Assembly (NCBI GenBank): GCA_964453605.1
Contig: CAYVOI010000001.1
Location: 676,095 to 740,094, forward strand
Direction of reading: 5' to 3'
Source: an uncultured Gammaproteobacteria bacterium
GTDB taxonomy: Bacteria; Patescibacteriota; Patescibacteriia; Veblenbacterales; UBA10138
Length of the DNA: 64,000 nt
Every line of letters starts with the position of its first letter. Position 1 is the first letter of the stretch. The translations under genes were made by a program, and so were the position numbers. This document shows positions 8,218 through 18,317 of this stretch, piece after piece. Below the pieces are notes generated by a model that did no database searches, was not told where the DNA came from, and worked only from the letters and a program-made list of their open reading frames with translations.

Positions 8218-10530
8218 TCAAGGGAAAACCGCTAGTGCTACCCCGCCGCGAAACGCAGGGTCGGCCACAAAGAACTGCGACCTCACCTCCCCGCTACGGG
8301 TAAACATCCTCAGGTGCGGCCCGCCGCCCGCCCCCGGTGTAGTAATAAGCTCATTTACCCCATCGCCATCCACGTCTCCCACGGCCACGTTCACGCCACC
8401 GCGGAACGTTTTCGCATAGACCCAGAACTCCCTAAGAAGCTTACCTTTGTATGTATATACCCTCACCTGTGGCCCGCCACCGGCGCCGGGTGCTGTTACG
8501 ATATCAAGGGTACCATCACCATCCACGTCTCCCACGGCCACGTTCACACCACCGCGGAACGCCGTGGAATATGGATAAAATTCCGCCTTCTTGCGGCCAA
8601 ACTTATCAAACACTCTAACCGGTAAACGCACGCCGTTCTGGGGGGCAGTGACCACATCAGGTTCACCATCACCATCCAGGTCCCCCACCGCCACGTTAAC
8701 ACCGCCGGTGTAGCCCGGGTCGTAGGGCACGAACTGGTAGCGTAAAGCCCCTTGAACATCGAAGATGCGCACCAGATCCACCCCGCCCCGACCAGTGGCA
8801 GTCACGATATCCGCTTTACCATCGCCGGTGAAATCGCCCATAGCCACACTGACCCCGCCACGAAAGGCCTCGGCAAACGCCATGAACTGGGCCTTAAGCT
8901 CCCCACGTTGGTTGAAGATGCGTATGTGCGGCCCGCCGCCAGCGCGAGGCGCGGTTACAATGTCGGGTTCACCATCGCCATCCACGTCTCCCACGGCTAG
9001 GTTGATACCTTTAGTAAAGCTTGCGCTGTAGCTTAAGAAGGTTTGAATCTGTTCACCGGCCACGTCATAGGTCGCAACCTGGGCAGCCCCGCCAGACTGC
9101 GGTGCCACTACGACCGGGCTACTCACGGGGAAGCGTGCGCTACCGGCTAAATCCAGGGCCGCCTTGAGGTTGAGCCCGCGCCCCAGCTTACCCTCAAGCC
9201 CCGGGTTCTGCTGCGTGAGTTCATCACCCGAGGCAATGAGCACATCCCTGAGCTGTGATGGGCTGAGCCTGGGGTAGATGGACTTGAGGAACGCTAAGCT
9301 CCCCGAGACCATGGGAGCCGCTACGGAAGTCCCCGACCAGTACCCACCGTAGGGCGAGGTAAACCCCGGCTGGCCAGGAATGACAGCCTGCGTACTGTAG
9401 ATGCGCGTACCTGGCGCTGACAGGTCGATGCAGCGGCTACCGAAGTTAGAAAAGCTCGCCAGCTTACCCTGCTCATCGAGCGCGGCCACGCCTATGACTT
9501 CGTTCTCACCGTTCAGACCATCATCACACACCGGGTACTGCGGCTCATGGTCCATGTCGACCCCGAGCTGCTCTTCGTTACCAGCCGCTGCCACCACCAG
9601 GATGCCGGCTTGGTAGGCTTGGTTGATAGCGTCCTCCAAAATAGGGTCGGACAGTGTACCCACAAAGCTCAAATTTATAATGTCGGCTCGGTTCTTTATG
9701 GCGTAGAGTATACCCTTAGCGACGGTTACCGTGTCCCCCACACCCCGAGAGTCGAGTACGCGAATCGGCATTACCCGGGCGTCCCAAGCTACCCCGGCCA
9801 CGCCCGTGCCGTTGTTGCCGGCCGCAGCCGCCACGCCGGCTACAATGGTGCCGTGGTTCATGGCTACCTCGCTCCAGGTGCTGTCGAACTTGGGCCGGGG
9901 ATCTGGGATGTTCCGCACAAAATCCCAGCCAAATTGGTCGTCCACGTAGCCGTTACCGTCGTTGTCCAAGCCATCACCTGGTACCTCAAACGGGTTAAAC
10001 CACAGGTTTGGTTTAAGGTCGGGGTTGTCGATGTCAACACCTGAATCGAGGATGGCAATAATCGGCCGGAGGCTCGTCCCCTGCGGTTTGTCCCAGGCCA
10101 TGGGCGCCTTAATACGCGTAAGGTAGGGACGCTGCAGCTCAAAGTCAGGGTCGTTGGGAATCAGGCTGGCATGGTACTCCCGGAGCGCTGACACGCGCAC
10201 TGCACCAAGCTCACTCGTCAGGTAGTCAGTGGCCGCGGCTGTGCTCAAACGAGCTGAGCAGTGGTAACGTGCTACACCACCGGCTGGGAAAACGGCAGCC
10301 AGGGCGCATGATCCGCTGCGGCTTACGTGAGCGGGCACAGGAGTCGCCGTGGCGGCAGGTGTACGGTTAAAAAATCCCAACAAAAGTAAAACACCTGAGG
10401 TTGCCCCCAGGAGTAGGTAAGGTAAGCGTCGCACACCAAAAAACCGGTTCATGGTCTCTCTACTATACAAAAACGCCGACTGGTTGTAAACCAGCAGGTA
10501 CGGCTTTTGCCCATACCATAAACCCTCCAC
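8218..10530 (-). CDS. secreted S8 (subtilisin-like) serine peptidase with C-terminal FG-GAP/VCBS repeats. The likely start is the internal MNRFFGV with a signal peptide.
   Basis: Catalytic D, H and S motifs: 'AILDSGVD', 'HGTIVAGVAAA', 'GTSVAAPMVSG'. The C-terminus has more than 6 repeats of 'FRGGVNVAVGDVDGDGxxDIVTAPGAGGGP', each with FG-GAP-like Ca-binding loops. Confidence 0.85.
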   Translation of the reverse strand: MEGLWYGQKPYLLVYNQSAFLYSRETMNRFFGVRRLPYLLLGATSGVLLLLGFFNRTPAATATPVPAHVSRSGSCALAAVFPAGGVARYHCSARLSTAAATDYLTSELGAVRVSALREYHASLIPNDPDFELQRPYLTRIKAPMAWDKPQGTSLRPIIAILDSGVDIDNPDLKPNLWFNPFEVPGDGLDNDGNGYVDDQFGWDFVRNIPDPRPKFDSTWSEVAMNHGTIVAGVAAAAGNNGTGVAGVAWDARVMPIRVLDSRGVGDTVTVAKGILYAIKNRADIINLSFVGTLSDPILEDAINQAYQAGILVVAAAGNEEQLGVDMDHEPQYPVCDDGLNGENEVIGVAALDEQGKLASFSNFGSRCIDLSAPGTRIYSTQAVIPGQPGFTSPYGGYWSGTSVAAPMVSGSLAFLKSIYPRLSPSQLRDVLIASGDELTQQNPGLEGKLGRGLNLKAALDLAGSARFPVSSPVVVAPQSGGAAQVATYDVAGEQIQTFLSYSASFTKGINLAVGDVDGDGEPDIVTAPRAGGGPHIRIFNQRGELKAQFMAFAEAFRGGVSVAMGDFTGDGKADIVTATGRGGVDLVRIFDVQGALRYQFVPYDPGYTGGVNVAVGDLDGDGEPDVVTAPQNGVRLPVRVFDKFGRKKAEFYPYSTAFRGGVNVAVGDVDGDGTLDIVTAPGAGGGPQVRVYTYKGKLLREFWVYAKTFRGGVNVAVGDVDGDGVNELITTPGAGGGPHLRMFTRSGEVRSQFFVADPAFRGGVALAVFP

Positions 10531-10587
10531 CGTCAGTGGAGGGTTTATGGGTTAGCGCTGCTTAGGGTACGAACTAGTGGCGCTCTG

Positions 10588-11724
10588 CTAACGTGTGGCG
10601 CCCGAGTAAGCAATAGCCCGCACGGCATCCCAATCCGAGGCCGAGCTCGGGTTGTAGCCGTAGATGGCCTTAAAGCTCTTAATTGCCACCTTCTCAGAAG
10701 CCAGGTTACGCACGCCGATGCGCAAGCCGTAAGCCATAATGGTAATGGCCGCGTCGTCATGGGTACTGGCGCTGCGGTTGGGGTTACGCAGGTAGATCTT
10801 CTTAAAGACACTCTGCATAGCCTGCTCACGAGCAGGATTGGTTAGGCCTGGGAAGCGGCCGTTGGCAATCTTCAATACGTCGTCCCAATCAGCCTGGCTA
10901 TCCGGCACGTGCCCGAAGGCCGCCCGGAAGCTATTTACTACGCCAGCGCGCTCACCAGCGCCTAAGGCGACGGTGGTGGGGGTGCCGTAGGTAACGAAGT
11001 TCACCACTCGTGCACGAGTAGCGGCTGGTGTTCCGGCCACCACCACCCGGGCCACGAGTGTGCTATCGTATCGCTGTTCAAGGCCAGTGTCGCGGCTCAT
11101 CCCCACATTGCCAGCCAGAACTTCGGCCGTCTGTGAAGTCACCGTGGCCGATTCCTGCAGGATGGTGATAATCTGCTGGGCGCGTTCGTCCGCTTGGGTT
11201 GGCAGGGTAACCGGTGGCGTTGTAGTTGGTGGCGTGGTTGTTGGTGTGGTTGTCGTAGCGCCACCACCTCCGCCGCCTCCACCCCCACCTCCTCCTCCGC
11301 CGCCGCCTCCACCCCCACCGCAAATGTTGCTGCGTGGAGTAATGGTGTAGGTAGCCGCGGTCGAAGGCAGCTCCAGGTAGCTCGTACCCGGGGTCGAGTT
11401 GGTAGCGCAGGTTAAGGTCACCCCAGAGGCGGTCGCTTCAAGCGAGCCTACGCTGCTATCGGACGAGCCGATCTTAAAGGTATTGGTAGCGTCGGGATTG
11501 GTAACGGTAAAGGTGCCGCTCGAAAAGTTCCAGCTCTCCGCTTTAGAACCGTTCAATATGAGAAGGTTAACGGTGCCAGAACCAAACGTTACACCAGACA
11601 CGGTGATGTTTCCGTTGGCCACGAAGTCAGTCGTGGCGGCAAAAGCAGGGAATGCCACCAAGCTTATGCCCAATCCAGCAGCCGCCGCAGCGGCCACTAA
11701 CCTAAATCGTTTTTTCATAGGCAT
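10588..11724 (-). CDS. secreted protein with an N-terminal beta-rich domain, a poly-Gly (23x) and Pro/Thr linker, and C-terminal DUF4214-like repeats
   Basis: Signal peptide 'MPMKKRFRLVAAAAAAGLGISLVAFPAFA'. 'CGGGGGG...(23 G)...ATTTTPTTTPPTTTPP' linker. Two 'F+A..G..P.S.ADWD.V..IA.G' repeats. Confidence 0.6.
   Translation of the reverse strand: MPMKKRFRLVAAAAAAGLGISLVAFPAFAATTDFVANGNITVSGVTFGSGTVNLLILNGSKAESWNFSSGTFTVTNPDATNTFKIGSSDSSVGSLEATASGVTLTCATNSTPGTSYLELPSTAATYTITPRSNICGGGGGGGGGGGGGGGGGGGGATTTTPTTTPPTTTPPVTLPTQADERAQQIITILQESATVTSQTAEVLAGNVGMSRDTGLEQRYDSTLVARVVVAGTPAATRARVVNFVTYGTPTTVALGAGERAGVVNSFRAAFGHVPDSQADWDDVLKIANGRFPGLTNPAREQAMQSVFKKIYLRNPNRSASTHDDAAITIMAYGLRIGVRNLASEKVAIKSFKAIYGYNPSSASDWDAVRAIAYSGATR
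11262..11332 (-). repeat. imperfect (GGN)23 simple-sequence tract that encodes poly-glycine
   Basis: The plus strand reads ccaccacctccgccgcctccaccccc... The synonymous third positions vary, so it is not a pure homopolymer. Confidence 0.8.
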
Positions 11725-11748
11725 AATCCGTAAAAGGATTGGCTAAGC

Positions 11749-12774
11749 TTAGCGGGTAACGGTCAAGGTGTACGTATCGCTGGCTCTATCGACTGCGCTA
11801 CCCGACAAGTTACAGAGCTGGTACCGTGAGGTGTTAGTTGCAGTCACCCGACCAATTAAGAAGACGCCGGCTTGTAGAGCAGTCGCAGACGTTACCGTGA
11901 CGCCGTCGCCGAGCGCGGCGCCCGTGGTGGTTACGTCAGAGCTATCGGCGGTACATGCTGCGCTGTTAACTGAGGCTAGGTCCACGGTAGAGGTACCAGT
12001 CGCTACCGCCAGACGAACCGTACCGGTAGCATCTTGCATAGTCCACGTACGCGCAGCGGTCAGATCAGCACTGGTGACCTTGCCATCAAACGTGGCAGCG
12101 CCACCTGTTTTGGGGGCCACCGTTATCGTATCGGCGTTCGCCGTGTTGGTAGCCAAGGTGAAAACGCTGTCAGTGCCATTGCTAATGGTTTCACCGTTCT
12201 GGAGCCGAATGTCGGCCGTGCCGTAGTCAACCGCCGAAGGTGAGCCGTAGTCAGTGGTGGCGGCGTGGAACAGGTCTAGGCCGTAGTTAAAGTGGCTACC
12301 GGCCGTAGAGTTAAAGTACTGAACGCCATAGGCGGCGTTAGGGGTAAGGGCACCGCTGTCCCCACCTAAGACCGCCATGAAAGCCGCATCGGCCACGGAC
12401 AGGTCACCCACCTCACCAATCACACCGGCTTTGGCGCCGGTTGAAGCGTCACTGGTTGTTACAGAGTAGGAACCAATCACACCGGCATGGTAGGAGGAGG
12501 TGGTGTTGGTGAGCGTATCACCCATAAAGTTACCCATCATACCAGCGTGGTAGGTGCTGGTGCCGCCAGCGTTACCCGCGTAGGTCATGTCACCAGAAAC
12601 TGACTGCTGCGAACCGGTGGCTGAGGTAGCTCGGCTGATGGTGGAGTATATGGTGCCGGCAGTTGATATGTTGCTGCCAATGGTGGTAGCAGCGTAGACG
12701 GCTGAAGCCGCCAGGACAGTGGCGAGGGCGACCGTGGACACAGCCAGGGCACGCCTCTTGAGTGTGTTCTGCAT
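11749..12774 (-). CDS. secreted Thr/Ala/Gly-rich surface protein
   Basis: Signal peptide 'MQNTLKRRALAVSTVALATVLAASAVYA'. Low-complexity T/S/G/A-rich body. Confidence 0.5.
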   Translation of the reverse strand: MQNTLKRRALAVSTVALATVLAASAVYAATTIGSNISTAGTIYSTISRATSATGSQQSVSGDMTYAGNAGGTSTYHAGMMGNFMGDTLTNTTSSYHAGVIGSYSVTTSDASTGAKAGVIGEVGDLSVADAAFMAVLGGDSGALTPNAAYGVQYFNSTAGSHFNYGLDLFHAATTDYGSPSAVDYGTADIRLQNGETISNGTDSVFTLATNTANADTITVAPKTGGAATFDGKVTSADLTAARTWTMQDATGTVRLAVATGTSTVDLASVNSAACTADSSDVTTTGAALGDGVTVTSATALQAGVFLIGRVTATNTSRYQLCNLSGSAVDRASDTYTLTVTR

Positions 12775-13134
12775 ACGTAAGGTAAGTTAAGAATTTAGTG
12801 TGCCCACGACAAGTGTGGGCGAGGGTACTGAAATTTGGTATCTGTGTTTTAGGAACCGCGCGTCCGTTATGAGGGTAAACGGGTCGGCGTGCTGTCCTCT
12901 ACCTTAGGCAACTCGACCACTTTGCTGAAAGGTACAGGAACAAAAACAAGCAAAACAAAGAACCTCTAACCCCTCACGGGGTTACAGGTTACGTTACTCA
13001 AAGTAGTAGTAACAGGTCTGGACACTGACGATTGGTTAAGTGTTTAGGCCCTCTACTAAAACACCCACACAGGTAATAGTAAACCAAGGCAGCATAGAAT
13101 CAAACCGCCAACTGTGGATAACTCAATCCGCTGC

Positions 13135-13833
13135 TCACGGCCGGGCGCTAAGCCTCGCCAGCTCAAGCTTAGCTACCTGGTCTTTGGGGTCGTGGCTCAG
13201 CACGTAACGCCACTCCAGCTTCGCCCCGGCGATGTCGCCCACGTCCTCGAGGTAGCGAGCAAAGGTACGGTGCAGGTCAAGCTCGTTGCTAGTGGCTTTG
13301 AACGCGCGAGCAAACAGCGCGCGCAGGTCTGTGTCGGTACCCCCGAGCTTGTAACGCGTAAGGTCAATGAGCTTACCCCAGTTCACCGTTATGGTAGGTT
13401 CTAGTAAGACTGCCTTCTCCAGCGCCGCCTTAGCCAGAGCAGGACTACCCATAGTTTGGTAGAGTGTGCCTAAGTTCCCCCACGGCACGGCAATAAAGGG
13501 ATTTTGCTGGGCCGCCTTGAGATAGGCTTGGCGAGCGTGCTCAAGCTCACCTAAAAACTGGTAGCTATTACCCAAGTTGAGGTACAGTTCGCTTAAGTTA
13601 ACTCCCTCTTTACCAGCCTGGGCAGTAAGCTCAGTTTGGTAGTCAGCAATCCGAGAACGCACCACCGCCTGGTCGTGAGCGCTGAGGTGCGTATCAATAT
13701 GTTCAATGAGCCCGCCTTGGTTTGGGGCTGGGGTCGTCCCATTGGAGACCATGCGGAGGGCAGCATACACCCCCACGGCAATAAGTAGGGCGGCGGCTGT
13801 TAGAAACACCTTAAGCTTTCGGTCTATCACCAT
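13135..13833 (-). CDS. TPR-repeat protein with an N-terminal membrane anchor
   Basis: TM segment 'VFLTAAALLIAVGVYAAL'. TPR-like 'YLNLGNSYQFLGELEHARQAYLKAAQQNP' repeats. Confidence 0.65.
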   Translation of the reverse strand: MVIDRKLKVFLTAAALLIAVGVYAALRMVSNGTTPAPNQGGLIEHIDTHLSAHDQAVVRSRIADYQTELTAQAGKEGVNLSELYLNLGNSYQFLGELEHARQAYLKAAQQNPFIAVPWGNLGTLYQTMGSPALAKAALEKAVLLEPTITVNWGKLIDLTRYKLGGTDTDLRALFARAFKATSNELDLHRTFARYLEDVGDIAGAKLEWRYVLSHDPKDQVAKLELARLSARP

Positions 13834-13992
13834 AGCATTGCTATTAATGGTAAGCTCCCTAGCCTACCTCAGGCAAGCGCAGTAACCTCAGAGCGCCTAA
13901 CAACAACCCCGCCCCGGGGAACAGCCGGGGCGGGAATTGCTTGTTCCAGGGTCATCCGCCTTGGGCGGACAGCCTAGAGAACGTTTAGGTTA

Positions 13993-16900
13993 CTACTGCT
14001 TGGTGATAGTACCAAGGGTTGGCTTACCGTCAACGTACAGTCCAGTGGATGTGTCGAGGAAGTCACCATCTTGGTTAGCATCGTAACCAAGAGCAGCCTC
14101 AGTCACTGAGTACTTGAGGTTACCCAGGGTAGACACTGACAGCGCAAAGCTATCACCACTGGCTACGCTCGTCGCAGTGCTCAGTCCAATGGTCAGGTAA
14201 CGATAGGCACCACCGTTAATGGTAATGCTGCTCGTTAGTGTACCGAAGGCTACCGAGTCACTGGAGCTCACCTTGAGTGAGTTCGCCGTGTAATCAGACG
14301 AGTTCTCGCTCGAAGCGTAAACAGTGTAGCGCGCAGCGGAGCCGGTGTGGGTACCACCATCCGTGAACGAGGCATCGGTCAGGGTAACCTGCTTCGAGCC
14401 GTTGTTCTGGATCTTGAACTGACCAATGTAGGTGTTGGTGGTTACGGTCTGAGTCACCGACGAGGTCGGAGCAAAGGCCGACACCACCACGCCGAACGGC
14501 ACAATGTTGGTGTGGGCAGGGCCGGTGTTGTTCAAGTTGCCACCAGCGTAGGTTGGGGCAGTAGCTGTCTGCACGCCCTTAGCCGTAATGTCGTTACCGG
14601 TCGTCATGTCGAGCTTCATGTAGAAGTCGTCACCGAGCTTGGACACACCTTCGTGGCCGATGTCTGCCTTAGCGTAGATCGTTACCGGCGTACCGGGGTC
14701 GATTGCCGCAGGGAGCAGGTTGTCGGTCGCGGTCCAGGTGTTGTTGCAAGCGTTGCTTGAGCAGGTAGCGAACTGGCTAGCCGTAGCGAATGGATTGGCA
14801 TCCACCGCCGCGCTGCCTACCTGACGGTAGAGCGCTAGGTTCAGAACGTCGTTCTGGTTCAAGCTGGTACCCGCTGCCCTGAGGGTCAGCGAGGTAATCT
14901 TCTGGCTCTCGTACTGAGCGGCCAGCTGGAAGGCGAAGTAGGTGCCACCACTGGTGGACACGTTTACCACCTGGGCAAGCGCCGGCGTAGCGCCGGTGCC
15001 CGTCACCAGCGAACCGGTGAGCGTACCACCTGAGGCTACGGTAATGGTCTGACCAGTACCTGACCCGAAGGTTGGGGTGCTGATCGAGTTACCAGTGTCG
15101 TTGCCAGTGGCAGTGACGTGGGCGGTGTTGCTGGCCACCTTGTAGGTGTGGCTCGTACCGGTGGAGGCAATAACATTACCAACCAGTACCAAAGTTACGT
15201 TAGACGACGTTGATACAATAATGGGGTTGGTGAAGTTAAAGCTCACCGTGTTGGCGTTGGTCGCCGTTGACGAGCTGGTCTGTAGCGGAGTCTTACTGGC
15301 GTCGGCCGCGTTGTACATCCAGAGGTTGTTCACACCGCTGTAGTCCGAGCCTGAGCCCAAGGTGTCCGTCACAATAATGGTAGACACGCGTACGTTTTCA
15401 CCCGAGCTCTGAGCATTGAGCTCAAGGCGGGCGAACTCGACGTTGTTGGTGCCTGCCACCACGGAGGTCGCGACTGGTTGAGCCAGCGTTGACACCTTAA
15501 TGGCAGCGGTCTTGACCGAGCGAGTGAGGCTCGACACCGTACCAACACCCGGGTCTACCAAGTCGTTCGTCACAATGCGCTTAACCTGCGTGACGTCAAA
15601 GGCGTTCACGAAGTAAGCATCGCTCGTAGTGGCGCTGGAGCTGACGGAGACCTCGATGGTCACCACGCTCTTAACGCCGGACTTGATAATAGGGTAGCTG
15701 GAGAGGGTGATGCTGTTCACCGTACCGTTAGCAGCAAAGGTAGAGGCAGCGGCACTGTACACCGTGGAGCCGTCAACCTTTACGTACACCGTACCGGTGA
15801 GGTTGGTGGAGCCAGTGTTCTGGTTCAAACCAAAGCTCACCTTGCGAACTTCCATGTCCTCACCGTTGGCCTGGATGTCGTACTTACCGAGCACGACGCT
15901 GTTAGCACCCGGTACCACGGCCTGGCTCGGGGAGTCAGAGCTGCGGGAGAGGGTCAGCGTACCAGAACCAATGGTCACCTTGTTGTAGGTGCTGGTGGAA
16001 TCACCGATCGGGAAGCTGGTGTCGTTCGAGCCAGCCGTCGGCAGGATGCCGGAGTTGGTCGAGACGCCGCGGATGTCTACATCGTAATCGTTGTAGACAG
16101 TCCACTGGGCAGTGCGGTTCGCACCGTCAATGATAATACCACGAACGGTAAAGTCCTTGGTCTGGCCCTTATCGATCGGGAAGGGGTTAGCCGACAAGTC
16201 GAACCAAACACCCTTGGACATAACCTGAGCGGTAGCGAGCACGGTACCATTCTGTACCAGCTGCATATCCTTCATATCGGTGTCAGCCGCTGTACCATTG
16301 TTGTAGAGCCTGAGGCCGTAGAGCTTCACCACCTCGTTGGAGGAGGTCTCTTGCAGCCTAAACTTGGCTTGCTCCTGCTCGCTGGCAGCATCAACGTTTA
16401 GGGTGATGCCCGAAGCGTTGAGGGGCTGTTCATCAACCGTCACAGCAGCCAGGGAGCTCGAGCCATCTACCACGCTCATGGTGTTACTCGTGAGCGGGAA
16501 GGTGCCGGACACGGTAGCGCCGTTGGTCATAACATCAGCCGCCGAAGCAATGGCGAAGCTGACCGTACCGGTGTAAGAACCGGAGGCGAGGTTCACCTTT
16601 ACCCACACGGCCGTGGTCTGGCCAGCCGATACCATAATGGGGTCGCTGGAGAGGTTCATGATAGCAACGCCATCAGCCCCCAAGGTCGTAACCACGTTGC
16701 CGTAGCGGCGACTATTGGCAAACACCGAGATACCAGACACCTTGCTGTTGGCAAGGAAGCCCATCTTGGTGAGCTTGAGCTGCTTAACGTTGACTGCGCC
16801 GTCGCTTCCGGCAGTGACGTTGAACTTGAGGATAGCGTTGTAGGCGCTACCAGTTGCAATCGTCATGCTGACGGGAGTGTCAGAGGCTAGCGCCACTGAC

Positions 16901-17655
16901 AGCCCGGTGCCAGCACCAGGGGTGATAACTGAAGCACCGCCCGAAACGTTAACCAGGGCCGACTCCTGACCGGTGATGGAAGCACCATCCGGGTAGGCGA
17001 TGTCGGTGGTCACGCCGAAGGTTGAGCTCCTGATCCAGTTAGCGGTCGCGGCTGCGGCCGAGGCGAATGGGCGCCGGGTGCCGGCGCTGATGTAGTACCA
17101 CTGGCTGGGGTTCGAGGCGTAGTTCACCACTGCCCCGGTGGGGTGCATATCAGAGCTGATAGCAGTACCCATCGAGTAGTTGACGAAGAAGGCATCGGCG
17201 ACGTCCACAATGTGCTTGTTCCACATTGGGCCCCAGAGCTTCATGGCCCGGGCTTCGCTGTCGATAGCGCGGAGCTTGCCGCCTGGTTCAACGGCGTAGA
17301 CCTTCGGGTCAGTAGTAATCTTCACGAGCCAGGTACCGGGCCTCATGGTGACGTTGCCACCAATCGGGTAGGACGAAAGCTCAGAGAAGGGAACGGTCTT
17401 CACCGTAGAGAAATCCGCGTACCAGGACATGTAGGTGTTCTGGTTCGGGAAAACAAAACGCTTTGCGCCGTCGAAGTAGTACACGGCGCGGCAGGGGTCG
17501 TTAACACCCGAGCCTACCGGACAGGCCAACTTGATGAGGTCACCGGCCATGGCAGCGGCGGACACTGGCGAAGCCAGCAAGCCACCAAGCCCCAGCGTGG
17601 AAACCGCAGTCAAAGTCGAGACTGCGACGGAGAAAGCTTTCTTGAAATTAGACAT
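13993..17655 (-). CDS. very large (1220 aa) secreted cell-surface protein, Thr/Ser-rich with Ig-like beta-domain repeats
   Basis: Signal peptide 'MSNFKKAFSVAVSTLTAVSTLGLGGLLASPVSAAAMA', then a long low-complexity T/S/V/G-rich sequence typical of adhesin or S-layer-like proteins. Confidence 0.6.
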   Translation of the reverse strand: MSNFKKAFSVAVSTLTAVSTLGLGGLLASPVSAAAMAGDLIKLACPVGSGVNDPCRAVYYFDGAKRFVFPNQNTYMSWYADFSTVKTVPFSELSSYPIGGNVTMRPGTWLVKITTDPKVYAVEPGGKLRAIDSEARAMKLWGPMWNKHIVDVADAFFVNYSMGTAISSDMHPTGAVVNYASNPSQWYYISAGTRRPFASAAAATANWIRSSTFGVTTDIAYPDGASITGQESALVNVSGGASVITPGAGTGLSVALASDTPVSMTIATGSAYNAILKFNVTAGSDGAVNVKQLKLTKMGFLANSKVSGISVFANSRRYGNVVTTLGADGVAIMNLSSDPIMVSAGQTTAVWVKVNLASGSYTGTVSFAIASAADVMTNGATVSGTFPLTSNTMSVVDGSSSLAAVTVDEQPLNASGITLNVDAASEQEQAKFRLQETSSNEVVKLYGLRLYNNGTAADTDMKDMQLVQNGTVLATAQVMSKGVWFDLSANPFPIDKGQTKDFTVRGIIIDGANRTAQWTVYNDYDVDIRGVSTNSGILPTAGSNDTSFPIGDSTSTYNKVTIGSGTLTLSRSSDSPSQAVVPGANSVVLGKYDIQANGEDMEVRKVSFGLNQNTGSTNLTGTVYVKVDGSTVYSAAASTFAANGTVNSITLSSYPIIKSGVKSVVTIEVSVSSSATTSDAYFVNAFDVTQVKRIVTNDLVDPGVGTVSSLTRSVKTAAIKVSTLAQPVATSVVAGTNNVEFARLELNAQSSGENVRVSTIIVTDTLGSGSDYSGVNNLWMYNAADASKTPLQTSSSTATNANTVSFNFTNPIIVSTSSNVTLVLVGNVIASTGTSHTYKVASNTAHVTATGNDTGNSISTPTFGSGTGQTITVASGGTLTGSLVTGTGATPALAQVVNVSTSGGTYFAFQLAAQYESQKITSLTLRAAGTSLNQNDVLNLALYRQVGSAAVDANPFATASQFATCSSNACNNTWTATDNLLPAAIDPGTPVTIYAKADIGHEGVSKLGDDFYMKLDMTTGNDITAKGVQTATAPTYAGGNLNNTGPAHTNIVPFGVVVSAFAPTSSVTQTVTTNTYIGQFKIQNNGSKQVTLTDASFTDGGTHTGSAARYTVYASSENSSDYTANSLKVSSSDSVAFGTLTSSITINGGAYRYLTIGLSTATSVASGDSFALSVSTLGNLKYSVTEAALGYDANQDGDFLDTSTGLYVDGKPTLGTITKQ

Positions 17656-18317
17656 GTATGAAGTATTCCTTTATGCAGGGTGCGGGTAAGAGTATAGGGT
17701 TAGGACAAAGCTCAAGCTCTACCCGTCGCTTTACTCCACACGTACCCTGTAGTTTTAAGTCTGGAGCTCATCCTCTCGTGGCTACCAACCTGTTACAGCT
17801 GGGCCACCTCGACCTTTCGGTAGAGGACTATCCGACTCACGTTCCTGAGTTTGCACAAACCATAGGTGACAGCGTACGCCAAGCTCCCTGAACCTGCACA
17901 CACGGGGGCGCTCTTCAGGTGGCAACACACGGAGTTCCGTTCTTCATCAAGCCGCCCATGGGTGATTGAATCCCGCCTTACGACAGGACAACCTTCACCA
18001 GGGCCGCCCGCCGGCCAGACTGTTTGGCACGAAAGTAAAATTAGTACTTCGTGCCACAGCTATCGTTCTACATATAGAACGTGTGGCGGGCAGGTGCCTG
18101 GTGAGAGGGCTAAATAACCCAGCCAGATAGAGAAGGAACCTGTGGTACAGCTCACCTTTGTGCTCCCTCGAGGTGGTAGCTCGCGGCAGCTTACGGGTAA
18201 CGCTGGTACACTACGGTTGCGCTAGAAAAGAACGTGAGGGGGGTCGTCTGACCCCGTGGCTATGCTCAAAACGCTTCAAGCAGAACCACGGAAGCGGACC
18301 TTGGCCGCCGCTAACAA

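Noticed and set aside
11060-11350. ORFs encoding poly-Pro (plus strand) and poly-Arg/Trp (minus strand, 11078-11323) peptides.
   Set aside because: These are alternative-frame readings of the GGN tract inside the real poly-Gly-containing gene 10588-11724.
14347-17661. Several 65-172-aa plus-strand ORFs antisense to the 1220-aa surface-protein gene, and similar antisense ORFs inside the S8 protease, gyrB, pheT, uvrD and atp genes.
   Set aside because: Each is fully embedded in a long, well-supported gene on the opposite strand. Their Arg/Gly/Val-rich composition is typical of high-GC antisense frames, and they have no independent start context.
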